Source: an uncultured Lachnospiraceae bacterium (GTDB lineage: Bacteria > Bacillota > Clostridia > Oscillospirales > CAG-272). From it: 51,018 nt of DNA. The notes below the pieces were generated by a model that saw nothing but the letters and a program-made list of their open reading frames with translations, did no database searches and was not told the origin of the DNA. This document shows, in pieces, positions 10,114 through 18,077 of the stretch (position 1 is the stretch's first letter; each line of letters begins with the position of its first letter). Both the position numbers and the translations under genes were made by a program. Where the stretch lies: assembly GCA_964461635.1 (NCBI GenBank), contig CAYWVC010000003.1, forward strand, positions 1 through 51,018, read 5' to 3'.

Positions 10114-10379
10114 TTTGCATTGCTCCTTTTCTGATAATCCCTTGAAAGTGACAGTATTTTGTCATAAAGCTCCACTGTTTGATCGCCCGTTTCGGGCGAG
10201 GAAAGCTTAAATACCCTTTGTTTAAGTTCATTTTCCCGCGCCTCATCCTTTATCGGCAGACCCTGCGCGGATTTCAGCCTGCCTATCTCCGCCGCGAGCT
10301 CCATCCTGCGGCAAAATGCCGCCACGATGGTCCCGTCGATCTCGTCTATCTCATGTCTGAGCTCGTCAATACTTTTCAA
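10110..10379 (-). CDS. chorismate mutase (AroQ-class, monofunctional)
   Basis: 89 aa. LRHEIDEIDGTIVAAFCRRMELAAEIGRLK is a typical CM type II helix. Confidence 0.85.
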   Translation of the reverse strand: MKSIDELRHEIDEIDGTIVAAFCRRMELAAEIGRLKSAQGLPIKDEARENELKQRVFKLSSPETGDQTVELYDKILSLSRDYQKRSNAK

Positions 10380-11467
10380 TTGCTCCCCTCCATCGCCTCG
10401 TATACCGCTATCGCCGCGGCGGATTCAATTGCAGGCAACGCCCGCGGCACTATGCAGGAATCGTTGTTCCCCGCAATACGTATGGGAACGCGCTCCATAG
10501 TGTCAAGTCTTACCGTATCCTGCGGCACGCTAATTGATGGAGTGGGCTTTATCACCGCGCGAAATATTATCGGCATCCCGTCGGAGATCCCCCCGAGGAT
10601 ACCACCGCAGTTGTTGGTAAGCGTCACGACCCTGCCGTCCGAAACGGAGTACGCGTCGTTGTTCTCCGATCCGCGCAAAGACTCTGCTTTAAATCCCACG
10701 CCGAACTCTATGCCCTTGATCGCCGGAACGGAAAATACCCTCTCGGCTATCCTGCCGTCAAGCCCGTCAAAGAGCTCGCCGCCGACCCCCGCCGCAAGAC
10801 CGTCTATCATAACCTCTGCAATTCCGCCGACCGAGTCCCCGTCCTTCGCGGCAGATGCCACGGCAAGCCGCATACGCTCCCCCGCTTCGGGGTCAAGCAC
10901 GGGAAATCGCCTGTCGGACGAGAGGCTCCCGTCGCTCGGCGGACGGCAAGGGTCAAACGGGACGTCACGCACACCGGCGATCGAATATATATGTGAGAGG
11001 ATCCGTACTCCCCTTTGCCGCAAGATCTGCAAAACGATCCCGCCGGCAATACACATAGGGGCAGTCAACCGTCCCGAAAACCGTCCGCCGCCGCGAAGAT
11101 CGACGTCCGAGCCGTACTTCATCACTGCCGCGTAGTCGGCGTGCCCGGGTCGCGGGCGCACTGCACGGTCGCACGGAGCCGCCTTGCCCGCATTCCCGTT
11201 CGGGATGACGGCACGGATCGGCGAGCCGTTGATACTCCCGTCCGGATCGACACCCGACAAAAATTCGAAAGCGTCGGTCTCCACCCTGCCGGTGGACCAG
11301 ACCTCCGAGGGGACGGGAGATCGCCGCGCAAGGAAGGCGTCAAGCTCCGGGCGCGATATTTTGAATCCGACGTCGTCGATTCCGGTCAAAGTGAGCGTCA
11401 TCCCGTCCGAATATGACGTTCCGCCAATCTCAATGTCAAGTCTTTTCATACGCGTGAACGACCTCAT
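10376..11467 (-). CDS. aroC: chorismate synthase (divergent)
   Basis: Has RPGHADYAAVMKYG, GGGRFSGR, GDSVGG and GGILGGIS motifs. The start is uncertain, with an alternative ATG at 11449. Confidence 0.85.
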   Translation of the reverse strand: MRSFTRMKRLDIEIGGTSYSDGMTLTLTGIDDVGFKISRPELDAFLARRSPVPSEVWSTGRVETDAFEFLSGVDPDGSINGSPIRAVIPNGNAGKAAPCDRAVRPRPGHADYAAVMKYGSDVDLRGGGRFSGRLTAPMCIAGGIVLQILRQRGVRILSHIYSIAGVRDVPFDPCRPPSDGSLSSDRRFPVLDPEAGERMRLAVASAAKDGDSVGGIAEVMIDGLAAGVGGELFDGLDGRIAERVFSVPAIKGIEFGVGFKAESLRGSENNDAYSVSDGRVVTLTNNCGGILGGISDGMPIIFRAVIKPTPSISVPQDTVRLDTMERVPIRIAGNNDSCIVPRALPAIESAAAIAVYEAMEGSN

Positions 11468-12551
11468 TCCTCCATACGTTGCTGATCAGGGACTCAAGGT
11501 TCCGCTCCGACACGACCTCTATTATAAGCCGACTGTCAAGGCTCGAATTATCCCGGCTCAGTTCCGTAACGTAGCAAACGTTTTTATACGTATTTGAGAA
11601 GAACGGCATAAGTGAATACACATATTTCTCCGAATCCGCAAAAACGGTAACCGAAACGTCCCCACCGTCAAGCCCGGTCTCCGCCGTTTTTTCGGTGATG
11701 ACGGCAGATGCATCGTCACTCTTCACCTCAAAGGCGAGCTTATATGCATCGGTGTAGGACACGGTGCGATTTTTAACGATATCGGCAACTCCCGCATTGC
11801 GCGCCACGGTCTTTCCCACCGTGCGGTGGGTATAGAACTTCAGATTCTCCGCTCCGCACATAACCGACCCGTCGTCAAGATAGCCGTGCACCGCGGAAAA
11901 AGCAAGGTAAGCACCGTACATACTGAGCGAATCCTCGGTATTGTTATACACCTGACCGTTCACCGTAGCACTGCTGAGCACGGACGTAAGATCAAGGTAA
12001 TAAGGCTCGTCCGCCATAGCCGTACTAAGCTGCGAACGTCGCGAATTTTGACTCGGCTGACCGAAATGCGCGGGCACGCAGTCACTGTATACGGTAACCG
12101 AGGCGGGGACTATCACCATAACGTACTGCTTTCCCATAGCCTCAAACGCGGCTTGACGCACTCTTATATTCTCGGTGATTGCCTCAAGCTCAACGGGCGA
12201 AAACGGGGTCTCGCCCATATAATCCAAGAAATAGTTATATCCGTTCTCGTTATCGGTGATCTCAAACAGAAAATCGTTTGATCCCACCACCGTGTTGGTG
12301 TCCGAGACCTCGTGGAAAAGATTATAGTTAAGGCTCTTTATCACGCCTCTCAATTCCTCGTTATTATATACCGCGTTGTATACGTAGTTAAACGGTCCGA
12401 AATCCTCGTCACCGTCAAGGATCCCGCCGTTTTCCCCCTGCATAGCGTAAAACAGCGCCGTCGTCCCAAGATATACGGTTACGGTAAGGATTATTCCCAC
12501 AAATACGACAAGGATCAGAAAATCCCGTTTTAAGCATCCTTTTTCCATCAT
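11436..12551 (-). CDS. DHHW/AlgJ-like extracytoplasmic partner of MBOAT (signature motif degenerate)
   Basis: N-terminal TM anchor. Size (about 370 aa) and position directly after an MBOAT gene fit the DHHW family. The ...VYNNTEDSLSMYGAYLAF segment aligns by eye to the family YYKTDHHWT..GAY region. The ATG pair at 12551/12548 behind GAGAGG is preferred over the TTG at 12578. Confidence 0.6.
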   Translation of the reverse strand: MMEKGCLKRDFLILVVFVGIILTVTVYLGTTALFYAMQGENGGILDGDEDFGPFNYVYNAVYNNEELRGVIKSLNYNLFHEVSDTNTVVGSNDFLFEITDNENGYNYFLDYMGETPFSPVELEAITENIRVRQAAFEAMGKQYVMVIVPASVTVYSDCVPAHFGQPSQNSRRSQLSTAMADEPYYLDLTSVLSSATVNGQVYNNTEDSLSMYGAYLAFSAVHGYLDDGSVMCGAENLKFYTHRTVGKTVARNAGVADIVKNRTVSYTDAYKLAFEVKSDDASAVITEKTAETGLDGGDVSVTVFADSEKYVYSLMPFFSNTYKNVCYVTELSRDNSSLDSRLIIEVVSERNLESLISNVWRNEVVHAYEKT

Positions 12552-12574
12552 TACCTCTCTTCGAATTGACAGCC

Positions 12575-13990
12575 TCAAACAAGGTTGTTAAACGCCGATG
12601 ACCCGATAAGCGGGAACTGCGGCATATAAAATATTACGGTGAAGGCAAATATCGGCAAAAGTATCAGGGACTCCGCAAACTCTGCCCATTTGATCGCATT
12701 CTCACTGCGGCCCCGCCGCACCGCGGCTCGCCTTATAAGTGCCGGAATAAGCATTACAACCACCAATCCCGCGGTTATGACGTATTTTCTGTACGATATA
12801 CTGTTGAGAAGCACGGTATTCCCGTAATGAGCCCCGGAGAAGTTGATATTCAGCACGTATTCCATCATCATAAACGGATCCTTCAGCCGCAATGCCATCC
12901 AAAACACGGATATGACGGCAAACGTGCACAGCCACATAGGGAATGCAAGAGCCTTATGCTTTGCGACAAAATCCCTGACGCCGATAACGTACATTCCCGC
13001 CGCGATCACACATATCGGCAAAGCGATCAAAAGCGACTTCGGATCCTCACGGTACCAAACACCTATCAGAAAGAAAGCGACGACCGTGGCAAAAAATCCC
13101 CGGACGGACTTCAACGGTCGTCCGCGAAGGATAGGACGTATCACGTAATCGTCCGCAAAGTCGAAAAGCGTTGTCATAAAGCGCATAAAATAACCGTCAA
13201 GGGTGGCGCAGATTATCGGAATGTCGAAGTTAGACGGCAGCTCAAGCCCGAACATCAGCGCGATCCCGCTCCCCATATCGGAATAGCCCGAAAGTATTGC
13301 GTACATCATAAAAGAGGCTATTACGAGCATAGCAAGACCCATAAACACCGGAATATCGCACACGTCCTCGGCTATAACGTCCTCATACACCTCGTTCAGC
13401 ACGGCACCTATCGCAAATCTCTTGATAAACCCGCGCATATAGAACTGTGCTCCCTTTGCAAACCGACTCACCGTCAGCGACCGCTCACGAAGAACACGCA
13501 AAAAGTCCTTATACTTAACGACGGGACCGGCTATCATTATGGGGAAAAACATCATAAATACGATGCTGTCGGTAATGCCGGGAGCCGCCGCGTCGCGTCG
13601 GTATACGTCGATAAAGCACGATGCGATCAGCAAAAGCCTTATGGCAGTCTCGGCTACTACGTTCGTGACGTCCGATCCCACGAAGGCGTTGCTTGAATAG
13701 CGGCAGACCGTGACGGTAGCGGCTACCAAGCCGAGGATCAGCAGAACGAGGACCGCAGTACGCGGGACACGGGGCTTGATGACCGAAATCAGGCGCGAGC
13801 CGAGGAACAGTATCAATACGCATATGCATACCAATGACAGCAAAAAGGGATTGGAGATCCCGGCAATCGCGTAATAAACGGCGCATATGATGACGAGCGC
13901 AAAATAACGCACCCTGTCGGGCATCACAAAATATATGAGGAACGCCAGCGGTAAAAAGAAAAACAGGAAAAGCGGGGATGATATCAGCAT
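12575..13990 (-). CDS. MBOAT-family (AlgI/DltB/PatA-like) membrane protein
   Basis: MLISSPLFLFFFLPL... N-terminus. FIDVYRRD...FFPIMIAGPVVKYKDF and SGYSDMG blocks align to AlgI. 471 aa, polytopic. Confidence 0.85.
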   Translation of the reverse strand: MLISSPLFLFFFLPLAFLIYFVMPDRVRYFALVIICAVYYAIAGISNPFLLSLVCICVLILFLGSRLISVIKPRVPRTAVLVLLILGLVAATVTVCRYSSNAFVGSDVTNVVAETAIRLLLIASCFIDVYRRDAAAPGITDSIVFMMFFPIMIAGPVVKYKDFLRVLRERSLTVSRFAKGAQFYMRGFIKRFAIGAVLNEVYEDVIAEDVCDIPVFMGLAMLVIASFMMYAILSGYSDMGSGIALMFGLELPSNFDIPIICATLDGYFMRFMTTLFDFADDYVIRPILRGRPLKSVRGFFATVVAFFLIGVWYREDPKSLLIALPICVIAAGMYVIGVRDFVAKHKALAFPMWLCTFAVISVFWMALRLKDPFMMMEYVLNINFSGAHYGNTVLLNSISYRKYVITAGLVVVMLIPALIRRAAVRRGRSENAIKWAEFAESLILLPIFAFTVIFYMPQFPLIGSSAFNNLV

Positions 13991-14367
13991 TGTTTTTTCA
14001 CTCCGTACGTATCTGTCAATGAATTATAAAGGCGCTTGGCGTTGGCAATATACCGCCATACCGTGCGATCGTCAAGGTTGCGGCTCACGGCAAAGCGGCG
14101 CACGCGGGACGATATAACGCTCTTGCCCGGAGCGCGTCCCCCGTCAACCATATAGACCGCCTCCACCGCGTCTGCGGCATCAACGTTACCCGAGGCGCGA
14201 AGAAGCCTCAGCGTATCGTGCACGGCAAGGATCCGCAGCGCAGACCTCTCGTTTCGGCAAGCACCGCGCAACCGATCGCAAAGCGTGAAATACGGGAGCG
14301 TATCCGCATCGGGGCAAAGCGCCGCATATCTTCTGAAATAACGAACGGTCATATCGCCCGATGCCAT
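13984..14367 (-). CDS. small DNA-binding protein with sigma-70 region-4-like HTH (127 aa)
   Basis: ATG at 14367 behind GAGGTG. C-terminal ...RRFAVSRNLDDRTVWRYIANAKRLY resembles a region-4/LuxR-type HTH. Overlaps the MBOAT start by 7 nt. Confidence 0.5.
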   Translation of the reverse strand: MASGDMTVRYFRRYAALCPDADTLPYFTLCDRLRGACRNERSALRILAVHDTLRLLRASGNVDAADAVEAVYMVDGGRAPGKSVISSRVRRFAVSRNLDDRTVWRYIANAKRLYNSLTDTYGVKKQC

Positions 14368-14412
14368 AGTCACACCTCGTACATACACTGAAAGTAAAAC
14401 TTCTATAAGTTT

Positions 14413-14442
14413 ATTATCACTCTTTTCTTCGACCCCTGTCAA
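14413..14442 (-). promoter_or_regulatory. sigmaA-type promoter of the HTH-MBOAT-aro operon (-35 TTGACA 14442-14437, 18 nt, -10 GATAAT 14418-14413)
   Basis: Consensus -35 and near-consensus -10, read on the minus strand. Confidence 0.5.
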
Positions 14443-14487
14443 GTGTAAAATATCAAAGTTTGCACAAAGTTTACCATTGTTTATATC

Positions 14488-14516
14488 TTGACAACCGCCG
14501 TGTAATGTTGTATAAT
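14488..14516 (+). promoter_or_regulatory. consensus sigmaA promoter of the HPr-like gene (TTGACA-17-TATAAT)
   Basis: Perfect hexamers at 14488-14493 and 14511-14516 with a 17-nt spacer. Confidence 0.65.
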
Positions 14517-14550
14517 CATTATAACGTTTCAAACCCAAGGAGGTAAAATT

Positions 14551-14781
14551 ATGAAATCCGTAAAGATCCGCCTTTCCACGATATCCGACGTAAAGGACTT
14601 CGTGAACATAGTCGCCGCCTACGACGGTGACGTAGACCTCATATCGGGGCGCTACACCGTCGACGGAAAATCCATTATGGGTATATTCAGTCTCGATCTT
14701 CTGCATCCGATCACGCTCCAGACCGACGGTCCGAATGCCGACGAGCTTCTTGAAAAGCTGACGCCGTTTATCGAAAAGTAA
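14551..14781 (+). CDS. HPr-fold protein lacking the His15 phosphorylation site
   Basis: 76 aa. GKSIMGIFSL aligns to the HPr Ser46 region (KSxMG). No His anywhere in the N-terminal 50 residues. AAGGAGG RBS. Confidence 0.7.
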   Translation: MKSVKIRLSTISDVKDFVNIVAAYDGDVDLISGRYTVDGKSIMGIFSLDLLHPITLQTDGPNADELLEKLTPFIEK

Positions 14782-14797
14782 TATTAATTTTTCAAGT

Positions 14798-14829
14798 GCC
14801 CCGCACGTTAACGTGCGGGGCGCTTTTTT
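14798..14829 (+). terminator. rho-independent terminator
   Basis: GCCCCGCACGT-TA-ACGTGCGGGGC followed by GCTTTTTT. Confidence 0.85.
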
Positions 14830-14958
14830 GGTTTTTCTCATTTTTCAAAAAATATGGGTGTGCACAACAATAATTGTTGAGTATCATCCATTCGTCGTTG
14901 GGCAGATTAATGTTGCGGAGAGATCAGCACTCCGCAATCTGTTGCAAAAGGAACGATA

Positions 14959-16110
14959 ATGAAAAAAATTTCTCATATTTTAAAAAGAGTCGGATGCTCG
15001 TTGCTTGCCGCGGTACTGCTTACCGCCACGTGTGAGCTCGGCATTCTCGGCAAATCGCCCCAAAGCGTTTCAACGTTCGCCGATCATACCGACTCGGTAA
15101 ATGATAAATACGGTACCGTCGCCGCAGTTAATACCCTTCCCTACGGCGACGTCCGGGCGGAAACGGTCAGCCGCACGTCGGCCGACAAGCTCTACGTCGG
15201 CGGAATGACGTTCGGCGTGCGCTTTTCGACCGACGGAGTAATGGTCATAGGCTACGGAAACGAGGTACCCAAAAACGCCAACCCCGGATTTCTCGCGGGG
15301 ATAAAGCCCTCTGACACGATAATTGCCGTAAACGGCAAGAGCATAGACGGCATAACCGCTCTTACCGACGCCCTCGACAACTGCGGCGGAAGTCGCCTGA
15401 CTCTGCTTTGCCGACGCAACGGCAAGGAATTTTCCGCACAGCTGACCCCCTATCGGTCATCGGGAGACGGAAGATATAAAACCGGCTTACTCGTCCGCGA
15501 CAGCGGTGCGGGGATCGGAACCGTGACCTATATCGTCCCCGGCACCAATGCCTTCGGCGGGCTGGGACACGGCATATGTGACGGCGATACGGGCGGACTG
15601 ATCCCGATAGGACGCGGAACCGTGTCCCCCGTAACGGTCACGGGAGTGGTGCGCGGCTCAGCCGGAAGTCCCGGTGAGCTTCGCGGAAGTCTCGCAAACG
15701 GCAAGATCGGCAGCGTCATCTCGAACACCCCGTGCGGAGTATTCGGGGTCTTCACTTCACTTCCCGTCTCGCACGGTGAGCTGCTTCCGATAGCCGCCAA
15801 CGGCGAGATCAAGAACGGCGATGCCTGTATCGTCTGCTCGATCGACGGGGGCACACCGCAAAAATATTCAATCCGTATAACCGACGTTGACACGCGGGCA
15901 ACCGGAAGCAAGTGCTTCTGCATCAAGGTCACCGACGAAGCCCTTCTTAAGAAAACCGGCGGAATAATACAGGGAATGAGCGGCAGCCCGGTCATCCAAA
16001 ACGGCAGGCTGATAGGAGCCGTCACGCACGTTCTCATAAACGACCCAACCTCGGGCTACGGAATTTTCATAGGAAATATGCTTGCCTCAATGCCCGATAT
16101 CCTTCAATAA
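14959..16110 (+). CDS. spoIVB: SpoIVB peptidase (S55 sporulation signalling serine protease)
   Basis: Signal/TM segment, PDZ region, then the S55 catalytic blocks GGLGHGICD and GMSGSPVIQNGRLIGAVTHV. Confidence 0.9.
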   Translation: MKKISHILKRVGCSLLAAVLLTATCELGILGKSPQSVSTFADHTDSVNDKYGTVAAVNTLPYGDVRAETVSRTSADKLYVGGMTFGVRFSTDGVMVIGYGNEVPKNANPGFLAGIKPSDTIIAVNGKSIDGITALTDALDNCGGSRLTLLCRRNGKEFSAQLTPYRSSGDGRYKTGLLVRDSGAGIGTVTYIVPGTNAFGGLGHGICDGDTGGLIPIGRGTVSPVTVTGVVRGSAGSPGELRGSLANGKIGSVISNTPCGVFGVFTSLPVSHGELLPIAANGEIKNGDACIVCSIDGGTPQKYSIRITDVDTRATGSKCFCIKVTDEALLKKTGGIIQGMSGSPVIQNGRLIGAVTHVLINDPTSGYGIFIGNMLASMPDILQ

Positions 16111-16115
16111 CCATC

Positions 16116-16148
16116 GGTGTCTCAAATTTACCGTTTGAGACACCTTTT
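16116..16148 (+). terminator. rho-independent terminator after spoIVB
   Basis: GGTGTCTCAAA...TTTGAGACACC stem followed by TTTT. Confidence 0.8.
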
Positions 16149-16203
16149 CGTAGGATCCGAATATAATATCAAGGAATAATCATACGTTTGGGGAGGATGT
16201 GTT

Positions 16204-16665
16204 TTGAACGGACAAAATATTGAAACGGGGAAGCCGAAGGGCTACCTCCGTGTAAAGGTATCGACCGCGCGCGGTGCTGTCCCGATCGCCGGCGCACGCG
16301 TTGCTCTTCGCGGTACGACCCCGGAGACCTCCGGCATAATAGCCTTGCTCACGACCGACTCCGGCGGCTTGACCGAGGACCTTGCGCTTGACGCCCCCGA
16401 TCCCGCTATCTCGGAAGCGCCGGGCACCGAAAAGCCATTTGCGGAATACGATCTGGAGATCTCTGCCGAGGGATACGGCACGCAATTTTATTACGGCATC
16501 CCGATATTCGCTACGGTAACGTCAATACAGGAGGCAGAGCTCGTTCCGTTCGTTGAGAACGGGTATCCCGAATTTCTCGATCCCAACGCAAGAAGCGACA
16601 GATACTTCCCGCGTGAGACCGAGGCACTGTTTTACCCGGAAGCGGAAGGAGATGCCGAAGAATGA
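16204..16665 (+). CDS. stand-alone carboxypeptidase-regulatory-like domain protein resembling the SleC N-terminal pre/pro region
   Basis: TTG start 7 nt after GGGAGG. KGYLRVKVSTARGAVPIAGARVAL...YDLEISAEGYG is a CarboxypepD_reg-type beta-sandwich. The stop overlaps the next ATG (ATGA). Confidence 0.6.
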   Translation: MNGQNIETGKPKGYLRVKVSTARGAVPIAGARVALRGTTPETSGIIALLTTDSGGLTEDLALDAPDPAISEAPGTEKPFAEYDLEISAEGYGTQFYYGIPIFATVTSIQEAELVPFVENGYPEFLDPNARSDRYFPRETEALFYPEAEGDAEE

Positions 16666-18065
16666 ACACCGCAGAACTCCCGGTGATCCCGGCGAGCATC
16701 ACCGTGCACCTTGGAAACGCCGATTCCGCAGCCGCAAACGTCACGTTGCCGTTCAGCGAATATATTGCCAACGTAGCCTCCAGCGAAATATACCCAACGT
16801 GGCCGACCGAGGCTCTGCGTGCCAACGTTTTGGCACAGATCAGCTTTGCCCTCAACCGCGTATATACCGAATTTTACCGTTCGCGCGGATACGATTTCGA
16901 TATCACCTCAACGACAAGACAGGATCAATCCTTCGTCAACGGCAGAGAGATATTTGAGAACATCAACGAGCTCGTCGGAGAGCTCTTCAATTCCTATATA
17001 CGTCGTACGGGCAGCGTAGAGCCTCTCTTCGCCGCATACTGCGACGGGGATCGCACGACCTGCGCGGGGCTTTCGCAATGGGGCTCCGTGGAGCTTGCCA
17101 ACCGCGGGCTCGGATATATTGACATACTGAGATACTACTTCGGCGACGATATAGAGCTGGTGACGAACGTCCCGATAGAGGGCATACGCGGATCGGCTCC
17201 GGAGGTCCCGTTGCGCCTCGGTCAGGCGAACGACCTTGTGCGTCTCTTACAGCTCAGACTCAACCGAATTTCGACAAACTATCCGAACATATCTAAGATA
17301 GCTCAGCCCGACGGGGTATTCTCCTTTGACACAGAGGTGGCGGTTACCGAGTTTCAACGCACCTTCGGGCTGAGTGCCGACGGCGTCGTGGGGCAGGCAA
17401 CGTGGTACGCCGTAATAAGGATATATAACGCCGTAAAGCGCTTGAACGAGCTTGATTCGGAGGGGATCAGCCTTGAGGAGGTCACGTCGCAGTACCCCTC
17501 CCTTCTTCAATACGGCGACAGCGGGTCGGGGGTCGCGTCATTGCAATATTATCTCGATTACGTTTCACAGTTTTACGACAGCGTACGCTCGGTCGCGGTC
17601 GACGGTATTTTCGGTGACGTGACGCGTGCGGCGGTCAGGGATTTTCAGCAGACCTTCGGGTTGACGGTCGACGGCATCGTGGGCAGGGAGACGTGGGACG
17701 TACTCTATCGCACCTACCTCGGCTTTATCGCGACGATACCGATAAAGTATACCGAGGGTGTGACCGTCCCCTTCCCCGGCGTACCGTTGCGTATAGGCTC
17801 CGAATCGGAGGAGGTAAGGCTCCTTCAGGAATATCTGAACTACATCGCCGTGTTTTATCCTTCGATCCCGACGGTGACTCCGACGGGCTATTTCGGTCAG
17901 CTGACGCAGAGCGCGGTAACGGCTTTTCAGACCGAATTCGGCTTGACCCCGACGGGATCGGTCAACGCGCAGGTCTGGGATACCGTGACCGAGGTATATT
18001 CCGCGCTCTACATAGGCTCCCGTCTGAACGATGGGCAGTACCCCGGATATGACATCGGGAGCTGA
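16662..18065 (+). CDS. SleC-like / SpoIID-LytB-like peptidoglycan hydrolase core fused to three PG_binding_1 domains
   Basis: YIANVASSEIYPTWPTEALRANVLAQISFALNRVYTEFYRSRGYDFDITSTT...AAYCDG...LSQWGS core. Three repeats follow of the ...DG(I/V)FG..T..AV..FQ..FGL..DG.VG..TW pattern. No signal peptide. Confidence 0.75.
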   Translation: MNTAELPVIPASITVHLGNADSAAANVTLPFSEYIANVASSEIYPTWPTEALRANVLAQISFALNRVYTEFYRSRGYDFDITSTTRQDQSFVNGREIFENINELVGELFNSYIRRTGSVEPLFAAYCDGDRTTCAGLSQWGSVELANRGLGYIDILRYYFGDDIELVTNVPIEGIRGSAPEVPLRLGQANDLVRLLQLRLNRISTNYPNISKIAQPDGVFSFDTEVAVTEFQRTFGLSADGVVGQATWYAVIRIYNAVKRLNELDSEGISLEEVTSQYPSLLQYGDSGSGVASLQYYLDYVSQFYDSVRSVAVDGIFGDVTRAAVRDFQQTFGLTVDGIVGRETWDVLYRTYLGFIATIPIKYTEGVTVPFPGVPLRIGSESEEVRLLQEYLNYIAVFYPSIPTVTPTGYFGQLTQSAVTAFQTEFGLTPTGSVNAQVWDTVTEVYSALYIGSRLNDGQYPGYDIGS

Positions 18066-18077
18066 GGAGGTAACGCA

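Noticed and set aside
10179-11135. 318-aa plus-strand ORF antisense to aroC and chorismate mutase
   Set aside because: It is Pro/Ser/Arg-rich with no recognisable domain, and the opposite strand carries clear AroC motifs.
12827-13696. 289-aa plus-strand ORF antisense to the MBOAT gene
   Set aside because: It has a His/Arg/Lys-rich low-complexity translation. The MBOAT frame on the minus strand is well supported.
14368-14841. N-terminal 158 codons of the 285-aa minus-strand ORF 13984-14841
   Set aside because: This part runs antisense through the HPr-like gene, its terminator and both divergent consensus promoters. An internal ATG at 14367 with a GAGGTG RBS gives a compact 127-aa HTH protein, so only 13984-14367 was called.
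16159-16188. Possible sigmaE-like promoter (GAATATA-15-CATACGTT) upstream of the SleC pro-domain ORF
   Set aside because: The -10 would end only about 2 nt before the GGGAGG RBS, leaving no room for a transcription start upstream of it. The promoter for this locus remains unassigned.
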